From a bacterium (GTDB taxonomy: Bacteria > Patescibacteriota > Minisyncoccia > Minisyncoccales > JAGGXC01), in the NCBI GenBank assembly GCA_021157625.1, contig JAGGWD010000003.1, positions 10,633-74,632 on the forward strand: a stretch of DNA of 64,000 bases, read 5' to 3'. Shown here piece after piece: positions 31,115-39,129 of the stretch. Both the position numbers and the translations under genes were made by a program. Every line of letters begins with the position of its first letter. Within the stretch, counting starts at the first letter, position 1. A model generated the notes under the pieces. That model was not told where the DNA came from. It did not search any database and saw only the letters and a list, made by a program, of their open reading frames with translations.

Positions 31115-33712
31115 TCAAACCTCAGAGGTATGCCTTGAGATAAAATACCATTTAGTAATCTCAATCAAAAACATGCTCAACACTCCTACTCCTATAATTA
31201 TGAGCCATCCTCCGATTCCCAACGCAACTGTATGCAAAATCTGCTGTAAAGGCGGAAGATAAATTGCCAAAGAGAAGGTCAAAAAGACCATTAAAGAAGA
31301 AAACACAAGCCACTTATTGGAAAATAAATTTATCTGCCAAATATTTTTTCTGAGACTTTTATAACAGAAAACTACAAATGCTGTATCCATACATATTGCT
31401 CCAAAAATTATTGTTCTGACATAATCTAAATTAAGCCCCAAAACCATCCAAAGATACCAGAAAAGAAATAAAGTAAGAAATTCATCAATCAATCCTGTAG
31501 CAAAAATTAAAAATTTCATTTCCTTGGTCAAAAGAGACTTTCCAAAAAGAGTAGGCTTTTTTTGCATTATTTCTTTCTCTCCTGGTTCAAAAGCATAAGA
31601 AATTTCTGGTAATGTATCCTCTACAAAATTGTTCCATAAAATCTGGACCGGCAAGATAGGCAAGGGCCACCCAAAAACAACTTTCGCAATTCCGATCAAA
31701 ACAATTGAAGTAAAGGAATCAGCCAAAATATAGGAAATAGATTTTCTTAGATTATCAATGATTACTCTTCCTTCCTCTATTGCCTGGACAATAATACTAA
31801 AGCTATCATTCAGTAAAATAAGGTCAGAGCTTTCTTTGGCCACTTCTGTTCCTGAACCAAGCGAAAGTCCAATATCTGCTTTTTTTAAAGCGGGAGCATC
31901 ATTTACCCCATCTCCTGTCATAGCCACGATCTTTCCTTTCTTCTGCCATGCTTGAACAATTCTCATCTTATGACGAGGCTCAACCCGAGCATAGACATTT
32001 ATTTTCTCCAACCTTTCCATAAATTCTTTTTCTGATAATTCATCAAGTTCTTTTCCATCAATAATGTTTTCTTTTTCTACCTTAAGCCCAATCTTTTGAG
32101 CTACATACTTTGCGGTTAGTTTATGATCGCCTGTAACAAGAATTGGTTTCATTCCTGCTTTTTTGCAAACCTTTATTGCATCTATAACATCCTCTCTTAG
32201 TGGATCTTCTAAAGCCAATAGCCCAGCAAATACAAAATCTTTTGCTTGTTCTTTTATCTTCTGAGGAGAATGTTTGAATTGATCCTTTTTTGAAATAGGA
32301 ATCTTTTTATATCCAACCCCAATTACTCTCAATCCCTTCTGGGTAAGCCTCTCTAGCTCAGCTTTCCATTGCTCTTTGTTTTTTGATTTCTCCAGTATTC
32401 GCTCAGGAGCTCCATTCACATAAAGAAAGAGATCGTTTCCTTCCTTTCTTAAAGAAAGTTGATATTTGTCGAGTGAATTAAATGGCACCTCCAATATCTG
32501 AACTGATTCTTTTTCCAATTCGGGTTTCAGAAAACCTCTTCTGAAACCTCCTTCCAAAAGAGCTTTGTCGGTTGAAGAACCTCTGATAACCCATTCCTCA
32601 ATTGGATCATCTGGATTTTCAATGAAAGCTTCATTACACAAAACAGCAATTTTTAAAGCCAATTCTTGATCAGGAGCCACAACCTGAGCTAGTTCCATCT
32701 TGCCTTGGGTAAGAGTACGAGTTTTATCAAAACAGATGATTTCTGTTGCACCCAAAGTCTCTACTGAAGCCAGTCTCCTCACCAATCCTTTTTTACGTAG
32801 AATTTTCTCCATTCCTATAGCCAGCACAACAGTCAATACTATTGGAAGCGATTCAGGAATTCCCCCTACAGCAATAGCAACAGAAGACTCAAACATCTCC
32901 AATGGATTTCCTTTTCTTGCCAAACCTCCAAAGAAAATAAAGATACAAATAATGCCAATAACAGCTCCTATTATTTTCGCAAATCTTGATATCTTCTTTT
33001 GAAGAGGTGTTTTTTCTTCTTTTGTTTCTCTTATCAAAGAGGCTATTTTCCCTGCCTCGGTAGAAATTCCTGTAGCCACGACAATTGCTTTTGCTTCTCC
33101 TCTCTCAACCAAAGACCCCATGTAAACCATGTTTTCCCTGTCTGCTAGGAGTGTATCTTTTGGCAAAGGATCAGTTGTTTTTCGTGAAGGCATCCATTCA
33201 CCTGTCAAAACTGCCTCTGATACAGAAAAATCCTCCACATAGATTATTCTTGCATCGGCAGGCACCCTATTTCCCGGTTTAAGAAAAATAATATCTCCAG
33301 GCACAATTTCTTCCTGAGGAATTTCCTTTTTTCTTCCATCTCTTATCACTGTAGCCTTTGTTTTCAGAGCTTTCTTTAATTTCTCAAGCACTTTGGAAAC
33401 TTTACGCTCCTGCCAAAAACCAAAAAAGGCATTAATAAAAACAGCCAGAAAAATCACTACAGTATCGGTCCACTTTCCTAAAGCAAGGGTAATGATTCCT
33501 GCAAAGCACAAAATATAAATTAAAGGACTTCTGAACTGATCCAAAAATATTTTGAAAATAGAAAAAGGTTTTTCTTCAGGAATGAAATTAGGACCGTACT
33601 TTTTCTTACGATTTTCTACTTCCTTTTCGCTCAGTCCTTTTTTAAAATCAACTTTCAAAATTTCAGCGACTTCTCGCCAAGAAAGATTGTGCCAGATATG
33701 TTTTTGGGTCAT
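31115..33712 (-). CDS. P-type cation-transporting ATPase (type IIA, Ca2+/Mg2+-like)
   Basis: LTGEW (TGES-like), IPESLP (PEGL-like), CFDKTRTLT (a variant of DKTGT), VTGDH and MTGDGVNDAPALKKADIG, with 10 TM helices. Confidence 0.9.
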   Translation of the reverse strand: MTQKHIWHNLSWREVAEILKVDFKKGLSEKEVENRKKKYGPNFIPEEKPFSIFKIFLDQFRSPLIYILCFAGIITLALGKWTDTVVIFLAVFINAFFGFWQERKVSKVLEKLKKALKTKATVIRDGRKKEIPQEEIVPGDIIFLKPGNRVPADARIIYVEDFSVSEAVLTGEWMPSRKTTDPLPKDTLLADRENMVYMGSLVERGEAKAIVVATGISTEAGKIASLIRETKEEKTPLQKKISRFAKIIGAVIGIICIFIFFGGLARKGNPLEMFESSVAIAVGGIPESLPIVLTVVLAIGMEKILRKKGLVRRLASVETLGATEIICFDKTRTLTQGKMELAQVVAPDQELALKIAVLCNEAFIENPDDPIEEWVIRGSSTDKALLEGGFRRGFLKPELEKESVQILEVPFNSLDKYQLSLRKEGNDLFLYVNGAPERILEKSKNKEQWKAELERLTQKGLRVIGVGYKKIPISKKDQFKHSPQKIKEQAKDFVFAGLLALEDPLREDVIDAIKVCKKAGMKPILVTGDHKLTAKYVAQKIGLKVEKENIIDGKELDELSEKEFMERLEKINVYARVEPRHKMRIVQAWQKKGKIVAMTGDGVNDAPALKKADIGLSLGSGTEVAKESSDLILLNDSFSIIVQAIEEGRVIIDNLRKSISYILADSFTSIVLIGIAKVVFGWPLPILPVQILWNNFVEDTLPEISYAFEPGEKEIMQKKPTLFGKSLLTKEMKFLIFATGLIDEFLTLFLFWYLWMVLGLNLDYVRTIIFGAICMDTAFVVFCYKSLRKNIWQINLFSNKWLVFSSLMVFLTFSLAIYLPPLQQILHTVALGIGGWLIIIGVGVLSMFLIEITKWYFISRHTSEV

Positions 33713-33770
33713 TATTTTTCTATGTATAACACATTCTTCTATTATACAAAGAAAAAAGAGATTTTTGTAG

Positions 33771-33794
33771 AAAAAAACTGGGCAAAAAGCCCAG
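33771..33794 (-). terminator. Intrinsic terminator after the 127-aa orphan gene
   Basis: Minus strand reads CUGGGC-UUUUU-GCCCAG followed by UUUUUUU. Confidence 0.75.
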
Positions 33795-33802
33795 ATATTT
33801 TA

Positions 33803-34186
33803 TTAAATCAGAGAATATCTGATCTCTCTTATCCAATTTTTCACAAGTTCAGCAGAGGAAGGATGTTTTTTTACCAACAAAACCTCATCTCTTGATCTAA
33901 ACAAAGCCCATTTTTCTCGACCCAAACAAGCTTTCTTTACATAGACTATTTGATAGGTCTTATACTCTCCATATTCCTCTGCTGGACTTGGATTCTTCAA
34001 TTCGGTTTCGGAAAAAATACTGGTTAATATATCTTGCAATATTTCAAAACTTCTTTCATGGCTCTTCCCATCCTCGCATAGAAACAAAATTTCTGGAATT
34101 CCTTTCACTTCTATGGCAGCAGCTGTTTGTACTCCTCGTTCTCCTATCTTTAGATATTTCCTTCTCTTTTTCTTCCTTCTTTTCAT
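33803..34186 (-). CDS. Hypothetical protein with a polybasic N-terminus
   Basis: 127-aa ORF with a strong SD (AGGAG 7 nt before the ATG) and its own terminator. No family recognised. Confidence 0.55.
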   Translation of the reverse strand: MKRRKKKRRKYLKIGERGVQTAAAIEVKGIPEILFLCEDGKSHERSFEILQDILTSIFSETELKNPSPAEEYGEYKTYQIVYVKKACLGREKWALFRSRDEVLLVKKHPSSAELVKNWIREIRYSLI

Positions 34187-34251
34187 TTTAATCTCCTAAA
34201 TTAGGAATAGCACACTTTTCAAAAAAGTCAAGATTAAGAAAATCAATCAGC

Positions 34252-34283
34252 AAAAAACAATCTCCCTTACTTAATATTGGGAG
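34252..34283 (-). terminator. Hairpin plus U-tract after tRNA-Glu
   Basis: Minus strand reads CUCCC-N12-GGGAG followed by AUUGUUUUUUG. Confidence 0.45.
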
Positions 34284-34318
34284 CTTATCACTTGAGCAGA
34301 GATAAAATTGATACTTTG

Positions 34319-34391
34319 TGGCCTCGACGGGATTCGAACCCGTGTGACATGGTTGAGAACCATGTATCCTAAACCACTAGATGACGAGGCC
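34319..34391 (-). tRNA. tRNA-Glu (anticodon CUC)
   Basis: GGCCUCG acceptor, anticodon stem CAUGG/CCAUG with loop UUCUCAA, T-loop UUCGAAU. No encoded CCA. Confidence 0.9.
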
Positions 34392-34442
34392 AATCTTCTG
34401 GTAGAAGATCATTTATTTTTTACCATAATCTTAGGAATTTGT

Positions 34443-35549
34443 CTATTTTTCTTTCTTGAGAGCATTAACTATCTTTTGCATCTGCATTTCTCTTGAACCA
34501 TCAACCAAAATCAAATCTCCTTGAGAAATTTCTTCTCGCAAAGATTGAATTGCTTCCTGCATTGTGTCAAACTGAAAGATTTTTTCCTGAGGCATTCCTT
34601 TCTCCAATGCGCCTTTAGCAATAAATTTTGCTCTTGGTCCAATTGTAAACAATAAATCCGCACACTCACTCACCTTCTCCCCTATTGTCTCATGTGCTTC
34701 AATGGTATATTTTCCAATTCCTATTACATCTCCCAGAACTGCTATTTTTCTTTTTGATGTAAGAAAAGAAGGAGAGATTTTTTCTAAATCAATCTTCTTT
34801 AATATCAAAAGAGCTTCTATCATTGAGAACGCTGTGGCTGATTCTGAATCATCTAAAATCCAAGAATTCTTCTGTCCTTCAATTAACCTCATCTTGCCAG
34901 GCAAACTTCTGTATTTCTTAAGTCCTTCGGAAACCTTTACTAAATTTAGTTTTAAAATTTCCCCTACTGAAGCTGATGCTAGCGCAGAATAAATTTGTTC
35001 TTTACCAAAAATTCTCTCTAACCAGACAGGAACTACATTCCCTTTATAATTTATTTTAAAATTTGTACCTCCATTCAATTTTAGATCTGTTGCTCGAAAA
35101 TCTGCTCCTTCCTGAAAACCAAAAGTAAAGACATTGGCTGAACTTTTGTTTTTTATATCTCTCACCGTCTCATCATCAAAATTTAAGACCAAAAACCCAA
35201 AAGAAGGAATGTTTTGGGCAAGCCTGATTATGGGCTTTGCTTGATCTAATTCAGAAGCAAAGAAATCTACTTCAGGAGGAATATCTCCAAGAGCAGTAAC
35301 TACCAAAATTGGAATCTTTGATCTCTTAATCAACATTTCTGCTCTTTCAATATTTTGGGCTTCCAGAATAATTATATCGCTTCTCAAAAGATCAAATCGG
35401 GAAATGGATTTGAGTTTTCTTGTTTTGAAATATTGACTTAAAACACTAAAAATTGCCTCACTACTGCAAGCTTTATTTTTACCGACAACTATTATGGAAT
35501 AAGGTATTTTCAGAAATGAACTAATTTTTGAAAAAATAGGGTCAGACAT
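34443..35549 (-). CDS. Mur ligase family protein, MurF-like, lacking the N-terminal domain and the canonical P-loop
   Basis: The C-terminal half matches MurF (LDDSESATAFSMIEAL, VLGDVIGIG...H, VDGSREMQMQKIV). Where GxNGKT(T/S) should be, the sequence reads VVGKNKACS. Confidence 0.65.
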   Translation of the reverse strand: MSDPIFSKISSFLKIPYSIIVVGKNKACSSEAIFSVLSQYFKTRKLKSISRFDLLRSDIIILEAQNIERAEMLIKRSKIPILVVTALGDIPPEVDFFASELDQAKPIIRLAQNIPSFGFLVLNFDDETVRDIKNKSSANVFTFGFQEGADFRATDLKLNGGTNFKINYKGNVVPVWLERIFGKEQIYSALASASVGEILKLNLVKVSEGLKKYRSLPGKMRLIEGQKNSWILDDSESATAFSMIEALLILKKIDLEKISPSFLTSKRKIAVLGDVIGIGKYTIEAHETIGEKVSECADLLFTIGPRAKFIAKGALEKGMPQEKIFQFDTMQEAIQSLREEISQGDLILVDGSREMQMQKIVNALKKEK

Positions 35550-35563
35550 AGATTTCTTGAAAT

Positions 35564-37273
35564 TTATTCTTCATAATCAGGGGGTATTTGATAGTAGTTA
35601 ATGATATACTCAGCCAATTCTTTAAATAAAGGAGCAGCAGAATATTCAGCAGTTTTTGTCTTAGGATTATTTAATTTTACCAGAATTAAAATTTTTGGAT
35701 CAAAAGCAGGGAAAAAACCAATGAATGTCTGAATCGTTTTATCAGAATAACCAGGTTTATCTATACCCAAAGAAGACCAAGCCACTTGAGCAGTACCAGT
35801 TTTGCCAGCAATATAATAACCAGGAATTCTTGCTCCCTTCCCAAAACCATTCTCAACAACACTTACCAACATCGCCGTTACTTGGGAAGCGGTTTTTGGA
35901 GAAATAACAAAGGAGTCCTGAACCTCCGGATCAATTGTTATTTCCCTTCCATCTGATCTTATAATTTTTTTGACAAAATGAGGCCTTATCAATTTCCCTC
36001 CATTAGCAAAGACCCCAAAAGCTCTTGTAAGTTGAATGGGTGTCATTTCGATGCCTTGTCCAAATGAAGCAGTTACAAAATTAATCTCATATCCTTTTTT
36101 TAATTCTTTATTTTGAGAAGCAATTTCGCCTTGAAGATCTATACCTGTTTTGTCAAAAATACCAAATTTTTTTATATAATCCAAAAAAACCTGATGAGAA
36201 ATTTGTTGCTGAGCAAACACCGCACCTGTATTTATTGACTTCTCAAGCACCTCGGTCATAGTACATTTTCCATAAGAACGCTTGTTATAATTATAAATCT
36301 TAATCCCCCCTACCTTCACAAATCCCTTGTCTAGATAAGTAGTTTGGGGAGTTATCTTCCCTTCTTCTATAGCTGAAGCTAAAGTTATCGGTTTAAACAC
36401 TGATCCTGGCTCAAAAAACTTCTGCGAGAAAGGATTTACAAAAACTGAAAGGTCATACTCGAAGTATTCATTCGGATCAAAACCAGGAAAAGAAGCAGCA
36501 GCAAGAATTTCTCCATTTTGAGGATTGTAGACTATAATTTGACCATCCTCAAACTCCAATTTTTTCTTAGCCTCTTTTAATAGTTCTTCGGACTGAAACT
36601 GGATATTAGGATCTATTGTTAATATTAAGTCAGAACCTTCTGTAGGAGGGAGGGATTTTTTTGGATCAAAGAAGATCATTCTTCCCTCTACACTCCTTTC
36701 TCCAGCGATAATTCCTCCTTTTCCTCTAAGCTCCTTCTCCCAAAAACCTTCAATGCCATATTGTCCAATTCCTTGACCTCCTACAAACCCTAGCACATAT
36801 GAAGCTAACTCATTGTGAGGATAATACCGCTCAACATCTTTTTCTAAATAAACACCTTCTTTATTGAGTTCTTTAATTGCTTTAATCTCTTGATCTGTAA
36901 GATGCCTTTTTATTACCACGAAAGGTTCCTGTGCTTTCTGAAATTTTTCTTCAATTTCTTTTTTAGGTAAACCAACTGCATCAGCCAAAGAAAGCGTTGT
37001 TTTTTCTTTATCTTTTATCTTGTCAGGAGCTATAAAAACAAAAGTTGTTTCTTTGTTTGTAGCCAAAACATATAAATCTCCATTCTTGTCCTGCGCAAAT
37101 ATTTCTCCTCTATCAGGATCAACAACTTTCACTAACCGATGTTCTCCTTTTGCTAAAGCTTGATAAAAATCATGCTTCAGAATTTGGATATAAACTAAGC
37201 GACCAACGAGAGTCGCCCCAAAAAGAATTATCAAAAATAAAACTATATTAATACGCCTGGTAAGCATATTCAT
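35564..37273 (-). CDS. ftsI: Penicillin-binding protein 2/3 type transpeptidase (FtsI-like)
   Basis: N-terminal TM helix, PBP dimerisation domain, SVFK (SxxK), SIN (SxN) and KTGTA. Lies in the dcw cluster. Confidence 0.9.
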   Translation of the reverse strand: MNMLTRRINIVLFLIILFGATLVGRLVYIQILKHDFYQALAKGEHRLVKVVDPDRGEIFAQDKNGDLYVLATNKETTFVFIAPDKIKDKEKTTLSLADAVGLPKKEIEEKFQKAQEPFVVIKRHLTDQEIKAIKELNKEGVYLEKDVERYYPHNELASYVLGFVGGQGIGQYGIEGFWEKELRGKGGIIAGERSVEGRMIFFDPKKSLPPTEGSDLILTIDPNIQFQSEELLKEAKKKLEFEDGQIIVYNPQNGEILAAASFPGFDPNEYFEYDLSVFVNPFSQKFFEPGSVFKPITLASAIEEGKITPQTTYLDKGFVKVGGIKIYNYNKRSYGKCTMTEVLEKSINTGAVFAQQQISHQVFLDYIKKFGIFDKTGIDLQGEIASQNKELKKGYEINFVTASFGQGIEMTPIQLTRAFGVFANGGKLIRPHFVKKIIRSDGREITIDPEVQDSFVISPKTASQVTAMLVSVVENGFGKGARIPGYYIAGKTGTAQVAWSSLGIDKPGYSDKTIQTFIGFFPAFDPKILILVKLNNPKTKTAEYSAAPLFKELAEYIINYYQIPPDYEE

Positions 37274-37290
37274 TTATAAATCAAAAGACT

Positions 37291-37611
37291 TTATTTAGCA
37301 GCAACTGATCCTTCAATTACTTTAATGTAATCTACTTTGGTAATTTTCTCAAAACCTAATGTTTCTAAATAATCCTGAGGTTTGATAAGAGAATTTTTTT
37401 GAGAAAGAGCAATTTCCATATTTCTATTTTCAATACTGAGACTTTTTATTTTCCTCTCATATTCATCAATAAGAAAGGATAACTTTACTATCGAACTTGA
37501 CTGAAGAATATAAAGACCAATAAGAGAAAGTATAAAAATGAAAGCAATAATTGAAAACATTTTAGAATAACTTAAATTCTTGGTTTTGATTCTTGTAAAT
37601 TTCTTTCTCAT
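37291..37611 (-). CDS. ftsL: FtsL-like cell division protein
   Basis: 106 aa with a single TM helix followed by a coiled coil, between rsmH and ftsI. Confidence 0.65.
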   Translation of the reverse strand: MRKKFTRIKTKNLSYSKMFSIIAFIFILSLIGLYILQSSSIVKLSFLIDEYERKIKSLSIENRNMEIALSQKNSLIKPQDYLETLGFEKITKVDYIKVIEGSVAAK

Positions 37612-37620
37612 AATTTTTTA

Positions 37621-38511
37621 TTATTTTATTTTTTTGGCTGCTCTTAGTTTTGCTGATCGACAGCGAGGATTCATTTTTACCTCTTCGGGTGTAGGAGTTT
37701 GAGGTTTTTTGGTTAATATTTCAAATATTCCCTTCTTGGATTGATCTTTCAGAAATTCTTTCACAACGCGATCCTCCAGAGAATGAAATGAAATAACTAC
37801 TAACCGCCCTCCGAGAGAAAGAACTTCAGGAACCTGAATTAACGCCTTCCTAAGATTTTCTATCTCATCGTTAACTGCTATTCTTAATGCAAGAAAGGTT
37901 CTGGTCGCAAAATGGATTCTTCTGTGATGATACCAAGGAGGAGTTGCTTTTCTTACTATCTCAACAAGCTGAGTGGTTGTGGTAATTGGATGTTTCCTTC
38001 TTTCTTGTTCTATTTTCCTGGCAATTCTTCTGGCAAATCTTTCTTCTCCATATTTTCTAAGAATCTCTACTATTTTTTGGAAAGGAAATTTATTCACTAT
38101 TTCCTGAGCAGTCAAGGGATTCTCTTTGGGATTGTATCTCATATCAAGATTTTCATCTTTCTGAAAAGAAAACCCTCTTTTGCTTTCTTCTATATGCCAG
38201 GTCAGGAATCCCAGATCAAACAAGATACCATCGGCCTGAAAATTGTATCTATCTGCAATTTTCTTTAACTCAGCAAAATTGCTACATACTACAATAAATC
38301 TTTCCTCAAGACCCATTCTTTTGAGCTTTTGTTTCAGATTTTGAACTACTTCTGGATCCCAGTCGATTCCTAAAATTCTTCCTTTGGGCTTGATCTTCTC
38401 TATAATTTCCAGAGAATGATTACCCTCACCAACAGTGGCATCAATGAAATTCTCATTAGTCTTTGGAGCTAGATATTTTATAACTTCTTTTTGAAGAACA
38501 GGGATGTGCAT
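37621..38511 (-). CDS. rsmH: 16S rRNA (cytosine1402-N4)-methyltransferase
   Basis: HIPVL start, DATVGEGNHS, FDLGF and SFHSLEDR motifs. Confidence 0.95.
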   Translation of the reverse strand: MHIPVLQKEVIKYLAPKTNENFIDATVGEGNHSLEIIEKIKPKGRILGIDWDPEVVQNLKQKLKRMGLEERFIVVCSNFAELKKIADRYNFQADGILFDLGFLTWHIEESKRGFSFQKDENLDMRYNPKENPLTAQEIVNKFPFQKIVEILRKYGEERFARRIARKIEQERRKHPITTTTQLVEIVRKATPPWYHHRRIHFATRTFLALRIAVNDEIENLRKALIQVPEVLSLGGRLVVISFHSLEDRVVKEFLKDQSKKGIFEILTKKPQTPTPEEVKMNPRCRSAKLRAAKKIK

Positions 38512-38512
38512 T

Positions 38513-38944
38513 TTAGACTCCTAATTCTTTAAGGCGTTCTGCTATATCCCCTACTACACTCTCTGTCTTTTTCTTATATTCTTGCCATTTCTTTTCATCC
38601 CAAATTTCCAGCCGATTAAACAATCCAATTATTACTACATTTTTTTTCAAAGAAGCATATTCTTTTAAATAATCAGGGATTAAAATTCGTCCCAGATTGT
38701 CTAGCTTCACATCCATTGCTCCTGCTAGCATTATTCGTGCAAAACGACGAGCATCAATTTGGCTTGATGGCAGTGAACCTAATTTTTTTGCCAGAATTTC
38801 CCACTCTTTGAGCGGATATACAACAAGGCAATTATCAATACCACGAGTGATTATTGCTCTACTGCCAAGTTCTTTTCTAAACTTTGAAGGAATAGCTAGA
38901 CGTTTTTTTGAGTCGATAGTATGTGAGAATTCTCCTATGAACAT
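38513..38944 (-). CDS. mraZ: Transcriptional regulator MraZ
   Basis: MFIGEFSHTIDSKKRLAIP with a second DxxxR repeat (KLDNLGRILIP). The ATG at 38944 is preferred over the track start at 38992. Confidence 0.92.
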   Translation of the reverse strand: MFIGEFSHTIDSKKRLAIPSKFRKELGSRAIITRGIDNCLVVYPLKEWEILAKKLGSLPSSQIDARRFARIMLAGAMDVKLDNLGRILIPDYLKEYASLKKNVVIIGLFNRLEIWDEKKWQEYKKKTESVVGDIAERLKELGV

Positions 38945-38951
38945 ATTGCAG

Positions 38952-39065
38952 TTTTCCACAAATCTGGGACTTTTTCCCACATTTATCCACAATTTTCCTC
39001 TGCAGTTACAGGATATCCCACTTTTGCATTAATGTCAACACTAAAAATAAGCATATTTGTCCACA
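38952..39065 (-). promoter_or_regulatory. Array of five same-orientation TGTGG(A/G) boxes upstream of mraZ (candidate MraZ operator; the boxes also resemble DnaA boxes)
   Basis: Plus-strand 9-mers are TTTTCCACA, TTTCCCACA, TTATCCACA, TATCCCACT and TTGTCCACA. CCAC cores start at 38956, 38977, 38987, 39018 and 39061, giving spacings of 21, 10, 31 and 43 nt. Confidence 0.6.
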
Positions 39066-39072
39066 AATTATC

Positions 39073-39115
39073 CCCAATCCAAAACAGCCGCTTTCAGCGG
39101 CTGTTTTGGATTGGG
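39073..39115. terminator. Perfect 20-bp hairpin after the 427-aa gene
   Basis: CCCAATCCAAAACAGCCGCT-TTC-AGCGGCTGTTTTGGATTGGG has no mismatches. It sits 15 nt past the stop codon. Confidence 0.6.
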
Positions 39116-39129
39116 AAAGCAAGAAAAAA

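Noticed and set aside
38952-39065. Chromosomal replication origin (oriC), suggested by an exact TTATCCACA and several one-mismatch DnaA boxes.
   Set aside because: All boxes are co-oriented and helically phased directly upstream of mraZ, which is the known location of MraZ operators. There is no dnaA or dnaN and no gene-strand switch, since both flanks are minus-strand genes. I saw no obvious AT-rich unwinding element beyond the background AT richness.
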